A DNA stretch of 64,000 bases from Octopus bimaculoides (taxonomy: Eukaryota): the NCBI RefSeq assembly GCF_001194135.2, contig NC_068981.1:84198512-84262511 (forward strand). The letters run 5' to 3'. The first letter of the stretch is position 1. Every line of letters starts with the position of its first letter. The notes beneath the pieces were generated by a model. It was given only the letters and a program-made list of their open reading frames with translations. It had not been told where the DNA came from and searched no databases. Below, piece after piece: positions 25,846 through 38,012 of this stretch. Made by a program: the position numbers and the translations under genes.

Positions 25846-26079
25846 CATTTCTTTATTGCCCACAAGGGGCTAAACATAGAGGGACAAACAAGGACAGACA
25901 AAGCGATTAAGTCGATTACATCGACCCCAGTGCGTAAACTGGTACTTAATTTATCGACCCCGAAAGGGTGAAAGGCAAAGTCGACCTCGGCGGAATTTGA
26001 ACTCAGAATGTAACGGCAGACGAAATACCGTTAAGCATGTCGCCCGGCATGCCAACGTTTCTGGCAGCTCTCCACCTTA
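25846..26079 (-). mobile_element. SINE family A subfamily with a Tx1-like 3' tail
   Basis: Young A copy ending ...TTTAGCCCCTTGTGGGCAATAAAGAAA. Confidence 0.9.
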
Positions 26080-26619
26080 CTCTAACACAGAATATTGGCT
26101 CATGCACCTAATTGAATCTGAACATTGTGTGATCAATTGGAGTTATACATTACGGTCAAAGTCATGCACGAAAATCGGCTGAAAATATCTTGACAAGCTC
26201 TTCATAAGACGTGACTTAGTTTAACAGCATTGTTTACTAATCCATAATCAACAAATAGCTGTATGCAATTTGTATTTCGTTTCGTGCGTTCTATCTCTGG
26301 AAACCACTCTCATTTGTTTATAATTTCATATCGTTTAGGAGACGTAATTCATCGTCTTTGTTGTCTCCGTTATGTAATCTATGACAGTAGGCATAACATA
26401 CCACAAATTCTGCTCGTTTATTTATTAAAAGACTTATTCTTGAATTTAAATGTTTATTATTTCATGTAGAAATTTTTTTCACTTGCATTGTTTTATCGTT
26501 TTTTATGAACATTATACTGTTTTCATAGAGCAAACTGAATATTATAAGCACTTCTGTTCCTGAAAATCTTTATTCAGTCATTTTGCAATATGACATACGA
26601 GCAAACTTGTTATATTTTC

Positions 26620-27250
26620 GTTCACAGACTCACTTGTTAGAAATTGTTAAATATATGTTCACTACATTTCTTTGTTTTGCCGTACATGTTTTATATCGGT
26701 TATTTTAAAAATATACATGCGTATATGAAAAAAGTTTGATTTCATTTATTTTCTTTCCTGTCTTAAGGAAATTGATTTGAATATTTACTAGTGACTACTT
26801 CTTGGATAACATTAGAGTTGGTCAATAACCAGACACTTAGAACCGTCAAATTACTATCATGCAATGGTGTAGGAATTCAATTTCATTGGTAAACAATGGT
26901 GTCAAATTTAGTCACTTCATTTGCAGAAATGGTCAGGCTATTTTGATCTTATTTTCATGGATGCTTTTGCTATGATTTGTTTTCATTCACAGATCTACTT
27001 TCTGCACAACGCCATATAATTACTCACTACATATCCTTATACCTGCCGTACACGTTTTATTTCGACAGGTCATCTTACTTGGAAAATGCATATTTTAATG
27101 AAGAATGTTTGATTTCTAAGTATTGTCTTTTTATAAAGAAAATTCATTTGAATATTTGCTAGTGACAACTTCTTTGATAACATATTATAAGGTCATTAGC
27201 CAGAAATTGGAAAGCAACCGGTTGTGATCATGTAATCCATGTGGTATGTG
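26620..27250. repeat. Old tandem duplication, period about 365 bp
   Basis: Shared blocks TTCACAGA, CACTACAT, GCCGTACA.GTTTTAT, GTTTGATTTC, TTTGAATATTT.CTAGTGAC.ACTTCTT.GATAACAT and GGTCA.TA.CCAGA occur in the same order. Confidence 0.75.
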
Positions 27251-27709
27251 AATGTACGACGAATAAAAGTATATTTGAACAATTTCTATGTTGGAGTCAA
27301 TACGTCTATAACATGCAGAAGCATAATCCTGCTCACACAGGCTTACACACACAAACACTTACATACAGGCGCATACACAAACACGCATATATATATAAAC
27401 ATATACACATGGATATGTAAATATATACATGTAGGTGTTTGCACGTGTGTATGCTTGCGCGGGCGGGCGAGTGTGTTCTAGACACCGGCAAAGATAACAT
27501 ATGAGAATTTGTTCGGAAGTGAAATGAACGTATTGGTTATAGAATTCTTAAAATATTTAGTCACGTAGCCAGGATCTATACGATACCAGTAACCATAAAC
27601 TGGCAATTATTAGATATGGTTTTCTAAATTATTCTTTCCAAATGCGTATAAAATGCACATATATACACAAACACAAACGTATGTATATATGCATATATAA
27701 TTTAATGTC

Positions 27710-27803
<94 letters not shown>

Positions 27804-28799
27804 ATCATAAATATATAGGGGTCAGCATNNNNNNNNNNNNNNNNNNNNNNNNNNNNNNNNNNNNNNNNNNNNNNNNNNNNNNNNNNNNNNNNNNNNNNNN
27901 NNNNNNNNNNNNNNNNNNNNNNNNNNNNNNNNNNNNNNNNNNNNNNNNNNNNNNNNNNNNNNNNNNNNNNNNNNNNNNNNNNNNNNNNNNNNNNNNNNNN
28001 NNNNNNNNNNNNNNNNNNNNNNNNNNNNNNNNNNNNNNNNNNNNNNNNNNNNNNNNNNNNNNNNNNNNNNNNNNNNNNNNNNNNNNNNNNNNNNNNNNNN
28101 NNNNNNNNNNNNNNNNNNNNNNNNNNNNNNNNNNNNNNNNNNNNNNNNNNNNNNNNNNNNNNNNNNNNNNNNNNNNNNNNNNNNNNNNNNNNNNNNNNNN
28201 NNNNNNNNNNNNNNNNNNNNNNNNNNNNNNNNNNNNNNNNNNNNNNNNNNNNNNNNNNNNNNNNNNNNNNNNNNNNNNNNNNNNNNNNNNNNNNNNNNNN
28301 NNNNNNNNNNNNNNNNNNNNNNNNNNNNNNNNNNNNNNNNNNNNNNNNNNNNNNNNNNNNNNNNNNNNNNNNNNNNNNNNNNNNNNNNNNNNNNNNNNNN
28401 NNNNNNNNNNNNNNNNNNNNNNNNNNNNNNNNNNNNNNNNNNNNNNNNNNNNNNNNNNNNNNNNNNNNNNNNNNNNNNNNNNNNNNNNNNNNNNNNNNNN
28501 NNNNNNNNNNNNNNNNNNNNNNNNNNNNNNNNNNNNNNNNNNNNNNNNNNNNNNNNNNNNNNNNNNNNNNNNNNNNNNNNNNNNNNNNNNNNNNNNNNNN
28601 NNNNNNNNNNNNNNNNNNNNNNNNNNNNNNNNNNNNNNNNNNNNNNNNNNNNNNNNNNNNNNNNNNNNNNNNNNNNNNNNNNNNNNNNNNNNNNNNNNNN
28701 NNNNNNNNNNNNNNNNNNNNNNNNNNNNNNNNNNNNNNNNNNNNNNNNNNNNNNNNNNNNNNNNNNNNNNNNNNNNNNNNNNNNATATATATATAGGCA

Positions 28800-28965
28800 C
28801 AGGCACCGATGGTGGTGTGTTTACATCTCCGTAATTTAGCGGTCCTGAAAAAGAGACCGATAGAATAAGATCTTGTCTTTCAAAGAATAAGTCCTGGGGA
28901 CGATTTGTTCGACTAAAGGCAGTGCTCCAGCATGGCTGCAGTTAAATAGCTGAAACATGTAAAAG
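28800..28965 (+). mobile_element. SINE family B 3' module
   Basis: CCGATGGTGGTGTGTTTACATCTCCGTAATTTAGCGG...CCAGCATGGC. Confidence 0.85.
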
Positions 28966-29164
28966 TGTATATCCGGCGAATTTGTCAACAATTCGTCTAC
29001 AATTCATCTTCAACAATTCAGCTACAAACACACACACACACACACACACAACGACACACGCACACATACAACCACACACACACCTATACAACATACAAGC
29101 ACATACAAATTACACACATAACTTGTAGAAGTGTTGTAGACGAATTCACCTAGAACCATACGTA

Positions 29165-29195
<31 letters not shown>

Positions 29196-29249
29196 TTAAT
29201 ATATATATATACATATAATATATATATATATATATATAATATCTATATA

Positions 29250-29585
29250 GGTGCAGGAGTGGCTGTGTAGTAAGTAGCTTGCTTACCAACCACATAGTTC
29301 TGGGTTCAGTTCCACTGCGTGACACCTTGGGCAAGTGTCTTCTACTATAGCCTCGGGCCGACGAAGGCCTTGTGAGTGGATTTGGTAGACGGAAACTGAA
29401 AGAAGCCCGTCGTATANNNNNNNNNNCGATGCTGGTTTGTTTACGTCCCTGTAACTTAGCGGTTCGGCAAAAGAGACCGATAGAATAAGTACTAGGCTTC
29501 AAAAGAATAAGTCCTAGGTCGATATGCTCGACTAAAGGCGGTGATCCAGCATGGCCGCAGTCAAATGACTGAAACAAGTAAAACA
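29250..29585 (+). mobile_element. SINE family B, near full length (short internal gap)
   Basis: A box GTGGCTGTGTAGTAAG, B box GGTTCAGTTCC, CORE-like CCTTGGGCAAGTG and B tail. Confidence 0.95.
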
Positions 29586-30749
29586 GAGAATATATATATT
29601 TATGTATGTATGTCTACATATATATACACACTTATACATAGAAGTAATTAATCATGTCTTTATCTGTTGAGAGAGTGACAACTTAAGTTCCACACAGACT
29701 ATAACTGAGAAATCGTGTAGTAAACCATTAGTCATTTCACTTCATCTATATTGTTAACATTTAATAGAATAAATGAATGAAAGCTACTACTATTTTTCCT
29801 CAGTAGAATTGGTCATCCAATGACGTCAACTTTGGTAACTTGAGATTACGAAAAAGGTTGACCAAACGAAAGCTGAACAAAAGGTATACTTTTATTTGAA
29901 TAATTTAGCCTTAGGTCTCCTTCAATCGAGGAGACATATGATCTATATGTTTCTAGACCTGAACAACTACTTATTAGAGGAATACACTTTCTGCTCGACT
30001 TACGACAGAGTTACGTTCCAACTGACAGGTCCTAAGTCGATCTGGTCGTATGTCGGAGTTATATTTTTCGACGCAATTTNNNNNNNNNNNNNNNNNNNNN
30101 NNNNNNNNNNNNNNNNNNNNNNNNNNNNNNNNNNNNNNNNNNNNNNNNNNNNNNNNNNNNNNNNNNNNNNNNNNNNNNNNNNNNNNNNNNNNNNNNNNNN
30201 NNNNNNNNNNNNNNNNNNNNNNNNNNNNNNNNNNNNNNNNNNNNNNNNNNNNNNNNNNNNNNNNNNNNNNNNNNNNNNNNNNNNNNNNNNNNNNNNNNNN
30301 NNNNNNNNNNNNNNNNNNNNNNNNNNNNNNNNNNNNNNNNNNNNNNNNNNNNNNNNNNNNNNNNNNNNNNNNNNNNNNNNNNNNNNNNNNNNNNNNNNNN
30401 NNNNNNNNNNNNNNNNNNNNNNNNNNNNNNNNNNNNNNNNNNNNNNNNNNNNNNNNNNNNNNNNNNNNNNNNNNNNNNNNNNNNNNNNNNNNNNNNNNNN
30501 NNNNNNNNNNNNNNNNNNNNNNNNNNNNNNNNNNNNNNNNNNNNNNNNNNNNNNNNNNNNNNNNNNNNNNNNNNNNNNNNNNNNNNNNNNNNNNNNNNNN
30601 NNNNNNNNNNNATTATTTTCCCTGTTTATTTACTTAATTTTTGAGAGCAGTCGGGTTCATTTTAATTATTCTGTGAGGGCAGTCGAGTTTATTTCAAATA
30701 TTCTCATTTAAAAAATCATCTCCAGCTAATCGTTGAGAGGAAGATGGTA

Positions 30750-30789
30750 TTGCCTTGGCGCAAGTTGCGCTCTCTGAGTACTCTTGTTT
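30750..30789 (+). mobile_element. Probable HINE 3' end
   Basis: CCTTGGCGCAAG subTIR-like plus GCGCTC-TCT-GAGTAC hairpin plus CTTGTTT, resembling 23581-23620. Confidence 0.5.
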
Positions 30790-30823
30790 ATTTATTTATT
30801 TATTTTGTTTCTTTATTTTTGGT

Positions 30824-30913
30824 GGTCGTAAGTGCGGATGGTCGTAAGTGCGGATGGTCGTAAGTGCGGATGGTCGTAAGTGCGGATGGTCGTAAGTGCG
30901 GATGGTCGTAAGT
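30824..30913. repeat. Perfect 16-bp minisatellite (GGTCGTAAGTGCGGAT) x5.6
   Basis: Direct reading; no mismatches between units. Confidence 0.95.
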
Positions 30914-31461
30914 CGAGGAGAAGGTGTATAGTCCACATTTTTTTCAATGCATCATTCTCTTTTACGACAGTGGTGTATTTAAGGAAATTTGGCTGTTATT
31001 TCTAGCAGGTACAGCGACGACAAGGCGGCTTTTTCTATGACTCAAACGATAATAAGTACCATCCTGGTGTGTGGGTTTATCTGTTATTATTACATATGTA
31101 AAACTGGGTGTATATGCGTGCGTAAATGTTTGAGTTAGTATTTCCTATATCCTGGTGTATTTCAATGTTTCAAAGTTTGTTTTCTGAAAGGTCATGTAAG
31201 GTCGAATTATAAATGTTATAACTTCCCATGATTTGTGACAAACATGCCCTTAGCACAATAGGGTGCCGTTGTTTACATTCATGTAATAGTAAAACCAGAA
31301 ACATAAAGCTTCGTTGCTTCTGCCCATCTTTTTATCTCATTCGTTTCCTCGCTGTATTGGTTATTCAATATTTGGCCCGTAACATTCATTATTATTGCTA
31401 AATAATATTATCCTTACTTTTAATATTATTACCGTTTATCATTTGCAGGAGAAGCAGCAGC

Positions 31462-31539
<78 letters not shown>

Positions 31540-31548
31540 GGTGGATGA

Positions 31549-31790
31549 GAGCTCGCAAAATCGTTCGAGCGTCGGAGAAAATGCTTAGCCATATTTCTAT
31601 AGGCTCTGAGTTCAAATACCACCGAGGTCATATTCTATCAGTCTCTTCTGCTGAACAGCTAAATTACAGAGACGCAAACGCACCGACATTGGTGTGAAGC
31701 AATGGTGGTGGTGGGACAAATACCGATACAAATACACACACACACATACACACACACACGTACATACACACACACACGTACATACATACA
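31549..31790. mobile_element. SINE A head (+, 31549-31630) abutting a SINE B tail (-, 31632-31790)
   Basis: GAGTTCAAATACCACCGAGGTCA followed by the reverse-complement B tail and (CA)/(CATA)n. Confidence 0.7.
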
Positions 31791-31803
31791 TACATACGTA
31801 CAT

Positions 31804-32174
31804 GTTGTTGGCACTCCGTCGCTTACGACGTCGAGGGTTCCAGTTGATCCGATCAACGGAACAGCCTGCTCGTGAAATTAACGTGACAAGTGGCTGAGCA
31901 CTCCACAGACACTTGTACTCTTAACGTAGTTCTCGGGGATAATCAGCGTGGCACAGTGTGACAAGGCTGACCCTTTGAATTACAGGCACAACAGATACGG
32001 GAAGTAAGATTAAGAGAAGGTTGTGGTGGAAGAGTACAGCAGGGTTCACCACCATCCCCTGCCGGAGCCTCGTGGAGCTTTAGGTGCTTTCGCTCAATAA
32101 ATACTCACAATGCCCGGTCTGGGAATCGAAACCGCGAGTCCACTGCCCTAACCACTGGGCCATTGCGCCTCCAC
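31804..32174 (-). mobile_element. SINE family C, full length, 13-bp TSD
   Basis: TACATACGTACAT at 31791-31803 and 32175-32187. Confidence 0.95.
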
Positions 32175-32210
32175 TACATACGTACATACATACATACATA
32201 CATACATACA

Positions 32211-32613
32211 TGATAGACTTGGAGATAGTGGTGATGCTGGCTGGTGAGATTTTGTGGTTTGCTGGTATGCCGAGAGAGATCAAGAACGAAGGCGAAAAGA
32301 TAGATAAATACAACTCTCTTAAGTACGAAATATCCCGGCTGTGGAAAATGAAGGTGAAGATAGTGCCAATTATTGCTGGATCCTTGGGAACAGTATCAGA
32401 AAACATTAAGGGAAATATAAAGGAAATTGGAAAAGAGTTCCCTAGTACAACTGTTGTAAAAGGATTGCCTCCTTGGCACGCCAGAATAATCAGGAAAGTA
32501 TTTGATAGTTGAAAAGAACGGATAGCATGACACCGTAGGCTGCAGGTAGCAAGTCCGTTACGCATGCAAGACTCCAGGAGCTCTAACAAAACCTGTGGTA
32601 AAGAGAAAAAAAT
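32211..32613 (+). mobile_element. R4/Dong-clade LINE 3' end (different subfamily from the 3 kb copy)
   Basis: EKIDKYNSLKYEISRLWKMKVKIVPIIAGSLG...ARIIRKVF*, then a 100-nt 3' UTR and (TAA)n. Confidence 0.85.
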
Positions 32614-32626
32614 GAATAAATAAATA

Positions 32627-32674
<48 letters not shown>

Positions 32675-32676
32675 TA
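32614..32676. repeat. (TAA)n array shared by Dong (+) and Tx1 (-) 3' ends
   Basis: Direct reading. Confidence 0.95.
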
Positions 32677-32731
32677 ATTCGTTTTATTGGCCACAAGAGC
32701 TAATATCAATTAAAAACATATAAGGACAAAG
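32677..32731 (-). mobile_element. Tx1-like LINE extreme 3' end, running into a gap
   Basis: TTCGTTTTATTGGCCACAAGAGCTAATATCAATTAAAAACATATAAGGACAAAG is nearly identical to 13709-13762. Confidence 0.85.
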
Positions 32732-33244
32732 NNNNNNNNNNNNNNNNNNNNNNNNNNNNNNNNNNNNNNNNNNNNNNNNNNNNNNNNNNNNNNNNNNNNN
32801 NNNNNNNNNNNNNNNNNNNNNNNNNNNNNNNNNNNNNNNNNNNNNNNNNNNNNNNNNNNNNNNNNNNNNNNNNNNNNNNNNNNNNNNNNNNNNNNNNNNN
32901 NNNNNNNNNNNNNNNNNNNNNNNNNNNNNNNNNNNNNNNNNNNNNNNNNNNNNNNNNNNNNNNNNNNNNNNNNNNNNNNNNNNNNNNNNNNNNNNNNNNN
33001 NNNNNNNNNNNNNNNNNNNNNNNNNNNNNNNNNNNNNNNNNNNNNNNNNNNNNNNNNNNNNNNNNNNNNNNNNNNNNNNNNNNNNNNNNNNNNNNNNNNN
33101 NNNNNNNNNNNNNNNNNNNNNNNNNNNNNNNNNNNNNNNNNNNNNNNNNNNNNNNNNNNNNNNNNNNNNNNNNNNNNNNNNNNNNNNNNNNNNNNNNNNN
33201 NNNNNNNNNNNNNNAATTACTGGCCCTGTGTCAAAATCGGAACT

Positions 33245-33410
<166 letters not shown>

Positions 33411-33971
33411 TCGTTACTCACGTGACCTGATTATACATTACCAATATCTTTGTTAGCAGGTCCATTATACCTTCTACAAAGTAGTGTAACTAATGATTAA
33501 ATCATATTTCTCAGGATTACACAAACACACGCAATTGCACGCTTACGCATACATATGTGAATGTGTTTGTTTGTGTGTATGTGTGCGTATGTATGTATGT
33601 ATGTATGTGCGTGTGTGTGTGTGTATGATGTATGTGATTATGTGTGCTTCCCTGTGATGTTCTTACATATATAAACAATGAGAACAAGCAGGGTAATAAT
33701 GAATCCAAACAGAAGTTCCCTATCAGATCTTTTCTTTTCTTTTCATTTCTCTCTTTCTTGATATCATGCTATAATGCTAATCTAAACACGAGACACACAC
33801 ATAGAGAGGCGTTTATTTAGCCATGCGTTAATGTTGGACACAACAATAACACGTAGAACATGATGCGAAATTGACCTTGTTTTGGTAACTAATCAATGAC
33901 ATGAACAGGTGGTGAAGTTTTCGGGTGGTGGGACGACGAATGCATGGACATACATACATACATAGATACAG

Positions 33972-34010
<39 letters not shown>

Positions 34011-34915
34011 NNNNNNNNNNNNNNNNNNNNNNNNNNNNNNNNNNNNNNNNNNNNNNNNNNNNNNNNNNNNNNNNNNNNNNNNNNNNNNNNNNNNNNNNNN
34101 NNNNNNNNNNNNNNNNNNNNNNNNNNNNNNNNNNNNNNNNNNNNNNNNNNNNNNNNNNNNNNNNNNNNNNNNNNNNNNNNNNNNNNNNNNNNNNNNNNNN
34201 NNNNNNNNNNNNNNNNNNNNNNNNNNNNNNNNNNNNNNNNNNNNNNNNNNNNNNNNNNNNNNNNNNNNNNNNNNNNNNNNNNNNNNNNNNNNNNNNNNNN
34301 NNNNNNNNNNNNNNNNNNNNNNNNNNNNNNNNNNNNNNNNNNNNNNNNNNNNNNNNNNNNNNNNNNNNNNNNNNNNNNNNNNNNNNNNNNNNNNNNNNNN
34401 NNNNNNNNNNNNNNNNNNNNNNNNNNNNNNNNNNNNNNNNNNNNNNNNNNNNNNNNNNNNNNNNNNNNNNNNNNNNNNNNNNNNNNNNNNNNNNNNNNNN
34501 NNNNNNNNNNNNNNNNNNNNNNNNNNNNNNNNNNNNNNNNNNNNNNNNNNNNNNNNNNNNNNNNNNNNNNNNNNNNNNNNNNNNNNNNNNNNNNNNNNNN
34601 NNNNNNNNNNNNNNNNNNNNNNNNNNNNNNNNNNNNNNNNNNNNNNNNNNNNNNNNNNNNNNNNNNNNNNNNNNNNNNNNNNNNNNNNNNNNNNNNNNNN
34701 NNNNNNNNNNNNNNNNNNNNNNNNNNNNNNNNNNNNNNNNNNNNNNNNNNNNNNNNNNNNNNNNNNNNNNNNNNNNNNNNNNNNNNNNNNNNNNNNNNNN
34801 NNNNNNNNNNNNNNNNNNNNNNNNNNNNNNNNNNNNNNNNNNNNNNNNNNNNNNNNNNNNNNNNNNNNNNNNNNNNNNNNNNNNNNNNNNNNNNNNNNNN
34901 NNNNNNNNNNNNNNN

Positions 34916-34949
<34 letters not shown>

Positions 34950-35569
34950 TATGAGAAAATTATTGCCTTTCTTTCAGATGTAGCAGGGAAGTCGACAAAG
35001 GGCTACCAGGTGATCTCAGAACCTACTGTTTTTAAAGCACTACTAGTTGTAATATAAAACAATGACTGGGAAACATACAACATTTGCATGCCAGGAATCG
35101 GCAACCACGAAGCTAAAAGTCACTGTCGGTGAAGTACTACCTTATAATCTCATGACGATAAAGAGGTTATCGGGAGAGATTATGTTGAAAATCCGAACTA
35201 TAGACAACTAAGGAAAAAATCACCATAAGAACATATCTATATTATAGGTAGCTCCAGAGATGGATTCTATTTTCCGTCTTATTCCACGTACGCTAAAGGA
35301 CTATTTGATTTTCTGATTCTAATACAAAGAATAGATGGTCGAAGTTAATGGGTGCTCTGATTCAACCGATCTGAAGTCTTCTTTATGCGATTTATTTTTC
35401 GTGGCTTGCTCTAATTTGCTTTTAGTTGTTTTATTCGCATTGATTTACATTTATGCATACATATTTTTTATATAAAAAAAATATTAATAACTTTCGATGG
35501 AACAACGAAATAATTCTTTCTTGGAAATGTATCTTGAAGCACATAAATGCTATATATAATGGTTTCAAA

Positions 35570-35790
35570 TTTTGACACAAAACCAGCATGTTCGGAGGGA
35601 AGGGTTAAGCCGATTACATCGACCCCAATCCTCACCTGGTGCTTATCTTATCGACCCGAAAGAGATTAAAATCGACCTCATAATGAAAGACAAAATTGAC
35701 ATCGACGGAGTTTGAACTAAGAATGTAAAGATGAACGACATGTCGCTAAGTACATTTTGCCCGGCGTGCTAACGACTCTGCCAGCTTCTC
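35570..35790 (-). mobile_element. SINE family A
   Basis: GGTTTCAAATTTTGACAC...CGATTACATCGACCCC...GCCCGGCGTGCTAACGACTCTGCCAGC. Confidence 0.85.
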
Positions 35791-35959
35791 TCCTATAATA
35801 AATATTATAAATAATAACATGTAAATATTGGGATGAAAACCCTTTTGGGTTAAAAAAATGATCAAAAGTATTTATGTGCTTTAAGGTTCAATTCCAACGC
35901 ATAAAGAATGTTTAGTTATATTTATCGACCCCAGTATTTCTTGTCTTTCTTTTTTCTTT

Positions 35960-36075
35960 TCATTTGAAGCCTGATACTTATTCTATCGGTCTCTTTCACC
36001 GAACCGCTAAATTACGCGGATGTCAATGCACAAATACTGGTTGTCAAGCAGTGGTGGGGAACAAGCACATACAAA
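35960..36075 (-). mobile_element. SINE family B tail
   Basis: TACTTATTCTATCGGTCTC...GAACCGCTAAATTACG...GGTTGTCAAGC. Confidence 0.8.
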
Positions 36076-36319
36076 AAGATACACACATACAGATAAATTT
36101 CAGTTCTTCTAATATGCTACTTCTTGTATATTCAATGTAGATACCCACTCACCGACTTGCAATTTTATTTATGTATTTAATCATTTATTTGTCTATTTGG
36201 TTTCGCATTGGCTTTAGTGAATTTAATATTGGATTTCCAGAAAATATTTTATAATATAATTTCCTATGTGATGTAATTTATAACTTTATAACATTATAAC
36301 AGTCTCTGTATGAGTGGGT

Positions 36320-36596
36320 GTGGAGGCTCAATAACCCAGTGGTTAGGGCAGCGGACTCGCGGTCATAGCATCGCGGTTTCGATTCCCAGACCGGACGCTG
36401 TGAGTGTTTATTGAGCGAAAACACCTAAGCTCCACGAGGCTCCTGCAGGGGGTGGGATGGCGACCCCTGTTGTACTCTTTCGCCCCAACTATCTCTCACT
36501 CTTTCTTCCTGTTTCTTGAGTCCAGCTAGTGGGGAAAGCATACGCCATAGAAACCGGGCCCATGAGCCGGGCTAGGCTTTGAAAGGGCGACGCTTT
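36320..36596 (+). mobile_element. SINE family C head with a short alternative tail (C2), 11-bp TSD
   Basis: TATGAGTGGGT at 36309-36319 and 36597-36607; tail GAAACCGGGCCCATGAGCC...AAAGGGCG. Confidence 0.95.
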
Positions 36597-37504
36597 TATG
36601 AGTGGGTAATGAATAGTCCTATTTTGAATTTTATTAAGATGTTTCATATTCCCTCCTTCGAATGTTTTGTGGAATTTTGTTAAAGATATACTTTTTGTTT
36701 AATACAAATATGAACACTAGTTTGCAACTTCAACTAAATTCATTGTTAAATTATGTCAGCAAAATTATTGAAAAAAAGGGCATGACCATCACATAATCTT
36801 ATTAGTTTTTCCTGTAAACTGAGGATTTGTGTATCATATTACCAGATAAACTGAAATTACTATATAGAAGAACCACCAACATCGACGTCATCAGCTAAGG
36901 CATTACCGTCACTTTCCTCTTCCTCCTCCTCCTTCTGTTCCTCCCCACCAACATCGTCACCATCAAACATTATTAAAATTGCTGTTATTCTTGTTTTTGT
37001 TTTCAATTTTATTCATGTTCTTGTTGTCTGTGTTTAGTTTTTAAAAAATTCTCTACAATACTTTTTCAAAGATAATATAACGATTTTATTTTGTTTTTCT
37101 TCTATTTTGTTTTATTTTATCTATTTGTTTATTTATTTGTTTATTTATTTTTTTACGTATTTTAAAATAGTTTTCGCAATGTTTTGTGTTTGAATTAATG
37201 TATATATATGTATCATATGTGTGCACGCGCGCTCATGTGTGTAACTATATACGTGTGAGGACGTATGGGGACGTGTTGTCCGCGTATGTTTATTTCTGTA
37301 TATGTGTACAAATTCGTGTAATTTTCTTTGTTTAAGGTCGCTAATCAATGCCGCTATCAGAACCTGCCACATTTTCACAAAGATGGATTTGCATGTAGAG
37401 AACGTTAGCTTCCTTTGACTTTTCAAATGCTTAAATTTCTCGATAGCTGATAGGCTTCCTGTTTATAAAAGATATGGCGATATTATGATTCACTGCACCC
37501 ATGT

Positions 37505-37537
37505 AGTAATAATAATAATAATAACATCAACATCATC

Positions 37538-37576
<39 letters not shown>

Positions 37577-37578
37577 AC

Positions 37579-37612
<34 letters not shown>

Positions 37613-37948
37613 TGGAACAACAACAAGAACAAAGACAAGAGTAATAAATATTTTCTTTTTTTTTTTTAAATCAAAATTACGAACAGTAAAATTTAAAAAG
37701 AATAATAATTAAGCAGACAAAAAATAACAAAGAAAACATCAAGGAAAAAATATAGAAATTTAAGAAACACCAAGAAAATAAGAAAGGAAAAAAAAATGTA
37801 TTTTATTTTTCGATTATTTTTGTTTTGATTTATTTGATTTGATTTTATTCTTTTCTTGTTATTATCTTAATCAACAATAAATGATGAGAAAAATATGAAG
37901 TGAGAAAGAAAGAAGCATTGCAGCATTCGAGGAAACATGATGATGATG

Positions 37949-38000
<52 letters not shown>

Positions 38001-38012
38001 TAATAATAATAA
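37505..38012. repeat. (TAA)/(CAA)/(TGA) triplet arrays in a low-complexity tract
   Basis: Direct reading. Confidence 0.9.

Noticed and set aside
30824-30913. CRISPR-like reading of the 16-mer array
   Set aside because: There are no spacers and the context is eukaryotic; it is a simple tandem repeat.
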